Shown: positions 40,721 through 49,823 of the stretch, one piece after another | How positions within the stretch are numbered: position 1 is the stretch's first letter | Layout: each line of letters starts with the position of its first letter | Source: Eubacteriales bacterium | GTDB lineage: Bacteria > Bacillota > Clostridia > Oscillospirales > QAKW01 | Length of the DNA stretch: 64,000 bases | Assembly (NCBI GenBank): GCA_045546995.1 | Contig: JAZQDW010000001.1 | Location: 4,156-68,155, forward strand | Direction: 5' to 3' | Translations under genes and position numbers: made by a program | Notes under the pieces: model-generated | What the model saw: only the letters and a program-made list of their open reading frames with translations | Database searches by the model: none | Told to the model about the DNA's origin: nothing

Positions 40721-40754
40721 AAATTTTTCTGCCAAAAGCATTGACAAAATACGG

Positions 40755-41513
40755 TCAGCCGATCACCTTAATCTGCCGCAAAATACGCAGCGTGATATAC
40801 CACAGCGCCAGCACGCCGGCGCCGATTAACGTAACCAAAAATCCGGTGCCCCATTTCATCTGCAGCACGCCCCAGTACGCGGCGAAGATGGCCACCGTAC
40901 CCAGCTGTTTCCAACAGGAGATCTTTTTTCGCCAGCCGAAATATGCGATCACTGCCGCCGCCAGTCCGATGATCACCCAACCGACGGTAAAGGCAGTTTT
41001 TTGCGGGAAAAACTGGGTAGAAATGATCTGCTGGGCGGTATTGTAGTAGGTCTGATAGTTGCCCATCATTCCCAGTCCTGCCGCAGCGCTCAAAAAGCCG
41101 AACCAGCAGAAATTGCGTCCCTGATCCATGGCTGAAACGTACAAAACGTAATGCAAAATCAGCATCACGTACACCATCGGTACCATATAGGTCCACAGAT
41201 CCATGGTATGGCTGATGACCAGTAAGGCGTGGGCGCTCAGACCGCTAACCGACAAGTACAGCCAATAATCCATGCCCCACACCCGCGTGGACAGATCGGC
41301 GCCCCCCTTCTTTTGCAGGTGAGCAACCACTGCCGTCACCGCCGTCAGCACCAGAAACAGACCGGCAAAGACGTACAACAGCACGCTCATATCCCGATGC
41401 ATTCTGCGTACCAGCCATACGCTGGCCAGCATCGCCATATAGATAAACAGCGCCACCACACTTCGGGTGATATGCACCTCGCTTGCATTGTATTTGATCG
41501 TTTTTTTATTCAT
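40755..41513 (-). CDS. polytopic membrane protein, unknown function
   Basis: 252 aa with about 7 hydrophobic helices. Starts 1 nt after the rsmE stop, so it is probably co-transcribed with prmA-rsmE. Confidence 0.65.
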   Translation of the reverse strand: MNKKTIKYNASEVHITRSVVALFIYMAMLASVWLVRRMHRDMSVLLYVFAGLFLVLTAVTAVVAHLQKKGGADLSTRVWGMDYWLYLSVSGLSAHALLVISHTMDLWTYMVPMVYVMLILHYVLYVSAMDQGRNFCWFGFLSAAAGLGMMGNYQTYYNTAQQIISTQFFPQKTAFTVGWVIIGLAAAVIAYFGWRKKISCWKQLGTVAIFAAYWGVLQMKWGTGFLVTLIGAGVLALWYITLRILRQIKVIG

Positions 41514-41514
41514 A

Positions 41515-42243
41515 TCATTTCACCTCGGTTTGAGCTTTATAAAACAACACGGGCATAACGTAGGCGGCGGCATTTTCCGTCCGCAGGATGCGTGTGCCCA
41601 GCGAAACGGCAGGAATACCCCGTTGCTGCCAGAGGGCGCATTCTTCCTCTGCCAGACCGCCCTCCGAGCCGATGAGAAAGGCGATCTCTTCCGCGGGCGG
41701 CAAAGTATTCAACCCCCGTTGCTGTTCCCGTTCATAACAAACAAAGGCCTGCTCGGCCTCAGCCATCTGTGCAATTGCCTCCGCAATGGGAAGAATGGGG
41801 GCGATTTCCGGCACGATCCCCCTGCCGCTTTGTTTGGCGGCAGCCAGAGCGATCTTGCGCCAACGCTCCAGCTTTTTCTCTCCCTGTTCCGGCCGTGCCA
41901 CACAAAAACGGGAGAGCACCGGTACGATCCGATACACGCCCATCTCTACACAACGGGTAATGATCTGTTCCATCTTCTCCCCTTTGGCAATGCACTGATA
42001 CAGGGTGATCCTCGGTCCCCTCTCCGCAGGACTGGGAACGCACTGCCGAATCTGCAGCGTGGCCGTTTCCTTATCAAATGCGGAACAAATGCAGTGATAA
42101 TCCGTTCCTTTGCCGTCACAGACCTCCACTGCTTCGCCCACACGGGCACGCAGTACCCGGGATAAATGATGCAGATTTTCTCCCCGCAGGCAAATTTCGC
42201 CCTCGGTCAAGCTGTCCTCTTGGGTCAAAAAGAATCGACTCAC
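41515..42243 (-). CDS. rsmE: 16S rRNA (uracil1498-N3)-methyltransferase
   Basis: RsmE-like N-terminus VSRFFL... and the C-terminal IGSEGGL..EE region. The GTG start forms a GTGA overlap with the prmA stop. The track start at 42276 lies inside prmA. Confidence 0.8.
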   Translation of the reverse strand: MSRFFLTQEDSLTEGEICLRGENLHHLSRVLRARVGEAVEVCDGKGTDYHCICSAFDKETATLQIRQCVPSPAERGPRITLYQCIAKGEKMEQIITRCVEMGVYRIVPVLSRFCVARPEQGEKKLERWRKIALAAAKQSGRGIVPEIAPILPIAEAIAQMAEAEQAFVCYEREQQRGLNTLPPAEEIAFLIGSEGGLAEEECALWQQRGIPAVSLGTRILRTENAAAYVMPVLFYKAQTEVK

Positions 42244-43193
42244 GCCTCGTCCTTTCCGCAAAGCAAGGCAGTCCAACCCCGCTTCGTCTGCTCGTCAAGA
42301 ATGCAAAAGCCGTTTTCCTTGGCCGCCTGCCGGATCTCGCCGGCGCGTTCCTCAATAATGCCCGACAGGATCAGCTTTGCATCCTCTTTCATAAATTTTC
42401 CGATGTCACCCAACAGCATTTTGATCACGTCTGCCACAATGTTGGCGCAGACCACGTCATACTGTCCGCTGACCTTTTCTACCAGATCGCCGGCCACAAA
42501 GGCAGATCGATCCGCAACGCCGTTGCGCTCGGCATTCTCGCTGCCTGCCTTGACCGCCAGTTCGTCAATATCCACACCCAGATTGTGCTCCGCGCCCAAC
42601 AGCAGGGCGGCAATACCCAAAATACCGCTGCCGCAACCCACGTCCAGCACCTGTTTTCCCTCCAGCCGCATATCGCTGAGATACTGCAGGCAAAGGGCGG
42701 TGGTCTCGTGACTGCCGGTGCCAAATGCGGCGCCGGGATCCATCCACAAAATCTGCTGATCGGGGGCCGCCTCAAACTGCTCCCATACGGGGACCACGGC
42801 CAACCGATCGCTGATAACGATGGGCTTGTAATATTGTTTCCAGGTATCCGTCCATTGACTGTCGTCCCGCTCCACCAGCGTGATCTGCAACGAGCCGTAC
42901 AGCCCGGTAGAATCACTCTCCGCCAGTTCTGCCATACCGTTGCGGATCAACTCAAAGGAGGCAATGCCCTGATCGTTATCCGGCAGATAAACCCGAATCA
43001 CACTTTCTGCATCCCGCAGTTTGAGCAGTTCGTCATCCACGTAATCCCAATGGGGCGTGGTGCTTTCCAAAAACTCCTCAAAATCACGGCTGTCCACCAC
43101 CTCAAAACCGCCGACACCCAAAACGATCAAAACGTTGCTGACCGCCTCCACACCGGCAGGGGTGGTGTGAATGGTAATTTCTCTGTATTTCAT
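42240..43193 (-). CDS. prmA: ribosomal protein L11 methyltransferase
   Basis: MKYREITIHT..., SAM motif VLDVGCGSGILGIAA. GGAG sits 7 nt before ATG 43193. Confidence 0.9.
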   Translation of the reverse strand: MKYREITIHTTPAGVEAVSNVLIVLGVGGFEVVDSRDFEEFLESTTPHWDYVDDELLKLRDAESVIRVYLPDNDQGIASFELIRNGMAELAESDSTGLYGSLQITLVERDDSQWTDTWKQYYKPIVISDRLAVVPVWEQFEAAPDQQILWMDPGAAFGTGSHETTALCLQYLSDMRLEGKQVLDVGCGSGILGIAALLLGAEHNLGVDIDELAVKAGSENAERNGVADRSAFVAGDLVEKVSGQYDVVCANIVADVIKMLLGDIGKFMKEDAKLILSGIIEERAGEIRQAAKENGFCILDEQTKRGWTALLCGKDEA

Positions 43194-43203
43194 AGTATTT
43201 CTC

Positions 43204-43252
43204 CAAAACAAAATATCTACTGCAGGGCGTTTTGCCCATACAGTAGATATTT
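43204..43252 (-). terminator. Rho-independent terminator of the ABC importer operon
   Basis: AAATATCTACTG...CAGTAGATATTT 12-bp stem followed on the minus strand by TTTTGTTTTGG. Confidence 0.7.
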
Positions 43253-43284
43253 TACCACATTTTTTTCAAACTTACAAGACCCTA

Positions 43285-44124
43285 TCATCCCTTTACTGCT
43301 CCTGCCATCACTCCTTTGATGATATATTTTTGGCAGGAGAAATAAAAGATGATGATGGGCAGAATGCTCAGGGCAATCAACGCCATGATGGCCCCCATAT
43401 CCCGCTGTCCGTAACTGCCATTGAGATACTGGATGTGAATGGGGATGGTTTTGTACGCGCCCATATCCAGTACCAGATACGGCAACAGATAATCGTTCCA
43501 GATCCACATAGTCTGCAAGATCGCCACCGAGATCAACGTCGGCCGCATTATGGGCAGCACCACCCCGAAAAACATCCGCGGCACACTGCAGCCGTCAATA
43601 GAGGCAGCTTCCTCCAGTTCTCGCGGCATACTCCGCACGAACCCCGAAAACATAAACACCGCCAGCCCCGCCCCAAAGCCGAGGTAAATAATGGGAATGG
43701 TCCACGGCGTATTCAGCGACAGCTCGTCCGCCGTTTTGGACAGGGTGTACATCACCATCTGAAAGGGAACGATCATAGAAAATACAAACAAAAGATACAG
43801 CCCCTTGCACCACCATCGATCCCTGCGGGATAAAAACCAGGCGCACATCGAGGTGCACAGCAAAATCAGTCCTACCGACAGCACCGTAATGACAAAGCTG
43901 TACAGCACCGAAAGATAAAAGGGATAATTGCCAAAGGTCATCCCGCGGATAAAATTCTCAAGACCTACGAAGCTGGAATCATCCGGCAGGGCAAAGGGCG
44001 CTGCCGAGATACCCGTTTTATTCTTAAATGCGTTGATCAGCACCAATATCAGCGGCCATAGATACAAAACGCCGACCACCGCCAATACCAGACCAAGCAA
44101 CGCTTTTCTCGCTTTTCGCATCAT
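43285..44124 (-). CDS. carbohydrate ABC transporter permease (MalG-type)
   Basis: EAA loop EEAASIDGCSVPRMFFGVVLPIMRP. ATGA overlap with the upstream permease. Confidence 0.9.
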   Translation of the reverse strand: MMRKARKALLGLVLAVVGVLYLWPLILVLINAFKNKTGISAAPFALPDDSSFVGLENFIRGMTFGNYPFYLSVLYSFVITVLSVGLILLCTSMCAWFLSRRDRWWCKGLYLLFVFSMIVPFQMVMYTLSKTADELSLNTPWTIPIIYLGFGAGLAVFMFSGFVRSMPRELEEAASIDGCSVPRMFFGVVLPIMRPTLISVAILQTMWIWNDYLLPYLVLDMGAYKTIPIHIQYLNGSYGQRDMGAIMALIALSILPIIIFYFSCQKYIIKGVMAGAVKG

Positions 44125-44990
44125 TGCTGCACCTCCCGTTTCCGTGTCCAGCGCAATTGCAGCAGGGCAATGATGGCCACCAGAGCGGAAAAGAGTACCG
44201 CCTTGGCCTGCCCCACGCCACGCGCGGCAGAGGTACTGTAAAATGTGTTGTAAATATTCAGCGCCAACAGCTCGGTAAGATACGTGGTACTGCCATCAGC
44301 CATCAGTCTGCCCGGCGCGCCGCCCGTCAGGGCAAGATTTTGATCAAACAACTTAAAGGAACCGGTCAGGGTAAGAAAGGTACAAATGGTAATGGCGGGC
44401 ATGATCATAGGCAACGTGATCTTAAACAGGATCTGCCGTCCGGAGGCGCCGTCGATCTTCGCCGCCTCATACAAACTGTCCGGCACGCCCTGCAGGCCGG
44501 CAATATAAATGATCATCATATAACCGATCTGTTGCCACGCTGTCAACAGCACCAACCCCCAAAAACCGTATTTGGCCTCCAACGCCAAAGCGGTTCCGTA
44601 CCGTTGCAAAATACCGTTGAGCAGCAATTGCCAGATATATCCCAGCACGATGCCGCCAATGAGATTGGGGCTAAAAAACACCGTCCGCAGGGCATTGCGC
44701 CCGGGAATACGAAACGTCAACAACCGCGCCAACAAAAACGCCAGCACGTTGATGACTGCCACGCTGACCAGCGCAAAGGCTGTCGTCAGCAAAAAGGAAT
44801 AGATAAAGGAGGGATCCCGCAGGGCGGCGGTATAATTATCCGGACCCACCCATTGGGCATCCCCCACCGTCACAAAACGGCAAAAGGAAAGATACAGACC
44901 CCTGCAAAACGGCCAGACAAACCCGATCAGAAAGGCCGCCAGCGTTGGCCAAACGAAAAGCGGCGTCCAGCGTCGCAGTTGTTTTTCCAT
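44121..44990 (-). CDS. carbohydrate ABC transporter permease (MalF-type)
   Basis: EAA loop YEAAKIDGASGRQILFKITLPMIMP. 289 aa. Confidence 0.9.
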   Translation of the reverse strand: MEKQLRRWTPLFVWPTLAAFLIGFVWPFCRGLYLSFCRFVTVGDAQWVGPDNYTAALRDPSFIYSFLLTTAFALVSVAVINVLAFLLARLLTFRIPGRNALRTVFFSPNLIGGIVLGYIWQLLLNGILQRYGTALALEAKYGFWGLVLLTAWQQIGYMMIIYIAGLQGVPDSLYEAAKIDGASGRQILFKITLPMIMPAITICTFLTLTGSFKLFDQNLALTGGAPGRLMADGSTTYLTELLALNIYNTFYSTSAARGVGQAKAVLFSALVAIIALLQLRWTRKREVQQ

Positions 44991-44993
44991 TGC

Positions 44994-46298
44994 CTATGCG
45001 TGCGCCTTTTTATATTCGCTTTCCCAGCCGTCTACAAACGCCTTTTGCACCGCTTCCCAACTACCCTTGCCGGCAGCATACTGGGTCAATGCCGTGCCGA
45101 TGCCGCTTTTCCACTGATCCGACGGAATGGTCGAGAAGCTCCAGCTGACCGGCTTTTTGCCGGCGGCGATATAATTTTCTGCCAATTGTACCAAAGGATT
45201 GTCTGCCTTTTTGGCTTTACGGAAGGGAATGACAAAACCCATATCCCGTGCCAGCGCAGACGTACCATCTTCATCGGTGACCAGCCATTCCAAAAAGTCC
45301 AGCGTGGCCTGCTGATCCTTTTTACTTGCCTTGTTGCTGACGCACCAATAATTCTCCGAGCCGGTACACAGTCCCTGCTTTTCCTCCCCCGGCACGCCGA
45401 TATAGATGGGCAACATTCCAAACTCGTCATCCTCCAGGCCGACGCCGTCCTCTTCCTTCAAACCGCCGTACTCCCAGGTGCCGTTTTGATAAAACACCGC
45501 TTGTCCCGTTTTAAATTCGGTTTGCGCATCACTGCCCGTTTTGCCCGACAGAGTGGCAGGCTCCACCGTGGCGTTGTTGATATACAGATCCCATATCTTT
45601 TTGTAATTATCCAGATAAGTGCCCTCGATCTTATCTGTAGAGCTGATGCCCTTATCGGCATATTCGTAATAGATGGGCAGATTGGCCAGATGGTTTTTAA
45701 ACCGCCAGTCCGAGCTGGCATCCATCCCGGACGAAGTGAAAGCGCCCTTGACACCCAGTTCCTCCTTATGATTCTGGATCTCACGCACCACCTTTGAAAA
45801 GCTGTCAAAATTGTTGATATCTTCAATCTTTTTCACCGTGGCAAAATCCGACTGAAAATATTTGTTGAGCAAGGTTTTGTTGTAAATGATGCCATAGCTT
45901 TCCACCGCGTAAGCGACGCCATATACCTTGCCATCCTCCTTCAGAGCAAAGCTGTCGTCGGTCAGTTCCTTATATACCGCCGTCTCCGACAGATCGATGC
46001 AATAGTTCTTCCAGTTTTTCAGCCCCACCGGCCCGTTTACCTGAAAGAGGGTGGGGGCCTGCCGTTTATCCATTTCCGAGGTCAGCGTCTGCTCGTACTG
46101 TCCTTCCGCCGCCGTCAGCACCTTGACCTCCACGCCCGTTTTTTCGGTGTACTTTTTGGCCAGTTCCTGCCAGGCCGCATCCTGCTCGGGCTTAAAGTTG
46201 AGATAATACACCATTCCCTTATCCTCTTTTTTCATACAGCCGGCAAACAGAGAGCACAGCAATATGAGTATACAGCAAAATATCAGTTTTCGTTTCAT
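44994..46298 (-). CDS. extracellular solute-binding lipoprotein (sugar ABC transporter)
   Basis: Lipobox LCSLFAGC. 434 aa, family-1 SBP-like. GGAGGA RBS. Confidence 0.85.
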   Translation of the reverse strand: MKRKLIFCCILILLCSLFAGCMKKEDKGMVYYLNFKPEQDAAWQELAKKYTEKTGVEVKVLTAAEGQYEQTLTSEMDKRQAPTLFQVNGPVGLKNWKNYCIDLSETAVYKELTDDSFALKEDGKVYGVAYAVESYGIIYNKTLLNKYFQSDFATVKKIEDINNFDSFSKVVREIQNHKEELGVKGAFTSSGMDASSDWRFKNHLANLPIYYEYADKGISSTDKIEGTYLDNYKKIWDLYINNATVEPATLSGKTGSDAQTEFKTGQAVFYQNGTWEYGGLKEEDGVGLEDDEFGMLPIYIGVPGEEKQGLCTGSENYWCVSNKASKKDQQATLDFLEWLVTDEDGTSALARDMGFVIPFRKAKKADNPLVQLAENYIAAGKKPVSWSFSTIPSDQWKSGIGTALTQYAAGKGSWEAVQKAFVDGWESEYKKAHA

Positions 46299-46395
46299 CT
46301 TTCATTCCTCCGACTTAAATTTCACCGTTAGTTTTTACCCAAAACACAAAACTATACACTTGCTTTTTGACCAATACAAAACGCCGGCCGCTTTC

Positions 46396-46424
46396 TTGAC
46401 ATTTTAATACAAAACGAGTATAAT
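46396..46424 (+). promoter_or_regulatory. sigma-A-type promoter (TTGACA-17-TATAAT)
   Basis: TTGACA at 46396-46401, TATAAT at 46419-46424. Confidence 0.65.
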
Positions 46425-46464
46425 TTTTTCTGTTTGTTTCGTTTTTTTAAAAAAGGAAGTCGTT

Positions 46465-47802
46465 ATGAAAAATCAATCCAATTTTACCGAGGGAAAAATT
46501 TTGCTCCCTCTGCTGAAATTTTCATTTCCCGTGTTGCTTGCTCTGCTTTTGCAGGCGATGTACGGAGCGGTGGATATGATCATCGTGGGCAAGTTTGCCC
46601 ACACCGCCGACATCTCTGCCGTAGCGACGGGCAGTATGCTGATGCAGTCCATCACCTGTGTCATCACGGGGCTTTCCATGGGCATCACCGTGATTTTGGG
46701 GCAACAGATCGGCGCCTCTCACAAAGAAGAGGCAGGTAAGGTGGTTGGCAGCGGCATCTGGCTGTTCGCCATTCTCACACTGGCGCTGACGCTGGGCATC
46801 ACCCTCTTTACCGATCCGCTGTGCGCCCTGATGCAGGCGCCGCAGGATGCCTTTGCTCCCACGGTGGATTATGTGTTCATTTGTGGACTCGGCACCGTCT
46901 TTATCGTCGCATTCAACGTTCTGGGCAGTGTATTCAGAGGCTTGGGTGACTCCAAAATGCCGCTGATCACCGTGGCCATCGCTTGCGTTGTCAACGTTGC
47001 GGGCGATCTGCTGCTGGTGGCGGCGTTAGATATGGGGGCGGCCGGCGCGGCCATTGCAACGGTGGCAGCGCAAGGGGTCAGCGTGCTGATCTCCCTGCTG
47101 GTGATCCGCCGACGGGGCGTACCTTTTCCCTTTTCCCTGCGGGATATCCGTATGCACCCTGCTTTTTCCAAAAAGATTTTGGGTATCGGTATCCCTATGG
47201 CCCTACAGGATCTGCTGGTGTCCCTGTCCTTTCTGGTCATTCTGGCCATCATCAACGCTTTGGGGCTGACCGCTTCGGCCGGTGTCGGCGTGGCGGAAAA
47301 GATCTGTATGTTCATTATGCTCATCCCCTCCGCCTATATGCAATCCATGTCCGCCTTCGTGGCGCAAAACGTGGGCGCCGGCAAACCCCATCGAGCGCGC
47401 AAAGCGCTGTTATACGGCATCCTCACCTCCCTGGTGGCGGGCATCATCACCGGCTATCTTTCTTTTTTTCACGGAGATATGCTGTGCCGTATCTTTGCCG
47501 ACGATCCGCAAGTCATCGCCGCCGGCTTTTCCTATCTCAAATCCTACGGGATCGATTGCCTTTTGACGGTGTTTTTGTTCTGTTTTATCGGTTTTTTCAG
47601 CGGCACGGGAAATTCGGTGTTTGTCATGACACAAGGGCTGACAGGTGCCTTTTTGGTCCGTATTCCGATATCCTTTCTCATCAGTCGTATCCCCGACGTT
47701 CCCCTGTTTTACATTGGGTTGGCCACCCCCTGCTCCACGCTGGTACAGATCGTGATGTGCGTTCTGTTTTTTCTTTATCAGCGGCGCAAAAAACGAATAT
47801 AA
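46465..47802 (+). CDS. MATE family efflux transporter
   Basis: 445 aa, 12 TM helices. N-terminal LLKFSFPVLLALLLQAMYGAVDMIIVGKF. Confidence 0.85.
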   Translation: MKNQSNFTEGKILLPLLKFSFPVLLALLLQAMYGAVDMIIVGKFAHTADISAVATGSMLMQSITCVITGLSMGITVILGQQIGASHKEEAGKVVGSGIWLFAILTLALTLGITLFTDPLCALMQAPQDAFAPTVDYVFICGLGTVFIVAFNVLGSVFRGLGDSKMPLITVAIACVVNVAGDLLLVAALDMGAAGAAIATVAAQGVSVLISLLVIRRRGVPFPFSLRDIRMHPAFSKKILGIGIPMALQDLLVSLSFLVILAIINALGLTASAGVGVAEKICMFIMLIPSAYMQSMSAFVAQNVGAGKPHRARKALLYGILTSLVAGIITGYLSFFHGDMLCRIFADDPQVIAAGFSYLKSYGIDCLLTVFLFCFIGFFSGTGNSVFVMTQGLTGAFLVRIPISFLISRIPDVPLFYIGLATPCSTLVQIVMCVLFFLYQRRKKRI

Positions 47803-47803
47803 T

Positions 47804-47830
47804 GAGGTGCCTGCGGGCGCCTCTTTTTTT
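47804..47830 (+). terminator. Rho-independent terminator
   Basis: GAGGTGCC-tgcg-GGCGCCTC stem followed by T7. Confidence 0.75.
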
Positions 47831-47906
47831 ACACAATCTTAATTTTTCAATCGTTGACAGCCGCATCGATTTATAATACAATAAAATTACAGAGAGGAGG
47901 ATCATT

Positions 47907-49175
47907 ATGTTATCCATTGTTTTATTGGTATTGTGGCTGGTTCTGCAGACCGTTATGGTGGTTGCCGCCGTTTTTCTGTGCATCCGCAAGCATTTACTGC
48001 TCTCCAAAATCATCATCACGGTGGGCGGTGCCATCAACTGGAGCATATTCAGCGTATACGGCTATCTGCTGCTGGCGCTGTTCACCGGAATGGGAACTGA
48101 TTTTTCCGGTATCGTCTTTTTCTCTCTCAGCGGACTGCTGTTTTTAACGTTGATATTTCTGTTATGGGGGCTACTGCGGAAAAAGCCGTGCTGGATTCCC
48201 CTGGTTTGTATCACCGTCGTATTGTGTTTGGGCGCCGGCGGTCATATCGGTTACGGCATGTATCTGGACAGCATCCCCACGTTGGATGAAAATGCAGATC
48301 TGTTGCCCGGCTACGCCCCCTACGGTGAAAACACCAAAGTAGCCGTACCGGACGAGCCCGCCACCCTGCAGCTCACCGACGATCTGCCCCGTATGGACGG
48401 CGCCACCGCCCTGTTCCCCGTGTATTCTTCCTTTGCCCGCGCCGTTTATCCCAAGGCAAAGCTCAACAACTGGAGCGACGCTTACAACCACGATACCCTG
48501 CTGTGCACCAAAACCAACGGCGCCTACGACAATCTCATCGCCGGTGAGGTTGACATCATTTTTGTCAGCGGCCCCTCCGCCCAGCAGGAAACCTGGGCCA
48601 AGGAATGCGGCGTCGAGCTGGTCTACACCCCCATTGGAAAAGAAGCCTTTGTATTTTTTGTCAACGCCCAAAACCCATTGACGGATATCACCGTGGACGA
48701 GATCAAGGGCATCTACTCCGGACAAATCACCCAGTGGACCGAGCTGGGTGTGCCGGATCTGGGCAAAATCCGCGCCTTCCAACGGCCGGAAAACAGCGGC
48801 TCCCAGACCCGCCTGCAAAAATTGATGGGCGAGACACCGTTGATGGACCCGCCCACCAGTGACGTGGTTTCCGGAATGGGCGGTATCATCAAAGAAACAG
48901 CCGACTATAAAAATCACAAAAACGCCATCGGCTATTCTTTCCGATTTTATTCCACCGAAATGGTACAAAATCAACAGATCCGTCATCTGTCGGTGGACGG
49001 CGTCGCCCCCACGCCGGAAAACATTGAAAACAACACCTATCCGTTGGGTGGCACCTTCTATGCCGTTACCCGCAGTGACGCAGACGAAAACACCAAAAAA
49101 CTGCTGGAGTGGGTCACCGGCCCCCAAGGGCAGGCCATCATCAAAAAGGTAGGCTATACGCCACTGCATCCTTAA
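47907..49175 (+). CDS. PstS-family (PBP-like) substrate-binding domain protein with N-terminal 4-TM region
   Basis: Four hydrophobic helices in the first 120 aa or so. Then DGATALFPVY, FVSGPS, YTPIGKEAFVFFVN, IKGIYSGQITQWTELG and RPENSGSQ. Confidence 0.7.
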   Translation: MLSIVLLVLWLVLQTVMVVAAVFLCIRKHLLLSKIIITVGGAINWSIFSVYGYLLLALFTGMGTDFSGIVFFSLSGLLFLTLIFLLWGLLRKKPCWIPLVCITVVLCLGAGGHIGYGMYLDSIPTLDENADLLPGYAPYGENTKVAVPDEPATLQLTDDLPRMDGATALFPVYSSFARAVYPKAKLNNWSDAYNHDTLLCTKTNGAYDNLIAGEVDIIFVSGPSAQQETWAKECGVELVYTPIGKEAFVFFVNAQNPLTDITVDEIKGIYSGQITQWTELGVPDLGKIRAFQRPENSGSQTRLQKLMGETPLMDPPTSDVVSGMGGIIKETADYKNHKNAIGYSFRFYSTEMVQNQQIRHLSVDGVAPTPENIENNTYPLGGTFYAVTRSDADENTKKLLEWVTGPQGQAIIKKVGYTPLHP

Positions 49176-49183
49176 ACGCAAAC

Positions 49184-49219
49184 AAAAAAAAGCTTGAAGC
49201 AAAGCTTCAAGCGTTTTTT
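49184..49219. terminator. bidirectional terminator
   Basis: A8-GCTTGAAGC-aaa-GCTTCAAGC-GTTTTTT. Confidence 0.8.
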
Positions 49220-49241
49220 ATAGTTTTTTGCAATAAAACGA

Positions 49242-49335
49242 CTTTTGACACGTTAATAGGTTGCCAAAAAGGAAGTTGCATTTCGTCAACAAAGTTCCGT
49301 CGGCGTAGGTGGCTACGACAGGAGATTTGTTGGCG
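49242..49335. repeat. structured repeat element, copy A (52-nt three-helix hairpin at 49284-49335)
   Basis: Aligns with the reverse complement of 51623-51731. The hairpin reads CGTCAACA-AAG-TTCC-GTCGG-CGTAG-GTGG-CTACG-ACA-GGAG-ATT-TGTTGGCG. Confidence 0.7.
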
Positions 49336-49339
49336 GCCG

Positions 49340-49807
49340 TCACTTTTGTTTTGCCCATTGCTGTAACAAAGCAAATCCGATCATCTCCGGCACAAATTCC
49401 GCCTTTTTGTCCCCAAAATGCAAAATCAGCTTTTGCCCTTCGGTACGTTGTTGTCCTTGCAGGCGCACGCCGTCCAGTTGACTGCGTTGCAAACGCCGCT
49501 TGATAAACAGCAGGCGGCACACGGTAATTCCCGTTTCATCCACCGTGGCCCGCCATAACAGCCAATCCAGCATCAACAACAGCAACAGCCCACCCAAAAC
49601 GTAACACAGCACGGCGGGCCACACCGCATCGATTACCTGCAGCAACACCGCGATGGCCACGATCAGCACGCACCACGGCAACGCCGACAGGGAAAACAAC
49701 GGATGATACCGCATCACAAAGTTCCGCCCATCCATTACCCGTTCCGCCGCGCGAGCCGCCGTAACGGCGCGCCGTTCCAGCACGTTTAACACTTTATCCG
49801 ATTTCAT
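49340..49807 (-). CDS. membrane protein, unknown function
   Basis: 155 aa with two central TM helices (LPWCVLIVAIAVLLQVI, VLCYVLGGLLLLLMLDWLLW). No family recognised. Confidence 0.6.
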   Translation of the reverse strand: MKSDKVLNVLERRAVTAARAAERVMDGRNFVMRYHPLFSLSALPWCVLIVAIAVLLQVIDAVWPAVLCYVLGGLLLLLMLDWLLWRATVDETGITVCRLLFIKRRLQRSQLDGVRLQGQQRTEGQKLILHFGDKKAEFVPEMIGFALLQQWAKQK

Positions 49808-49823
49808 ACACAGCGTCGTCCTT

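Noticed and set aside
49274-49306. A small ORF starting at TTG just after the AAGGAAG inside the repeat element (MHFVNKVPSA* in copy A, 34 codons in copy B).
   Set aside because: The frame is not conserved between the two copies. Substitutions follow base-pairing rather than codon constraints, so it is treated as a structured nucleic-acid element and not a peptide gene.
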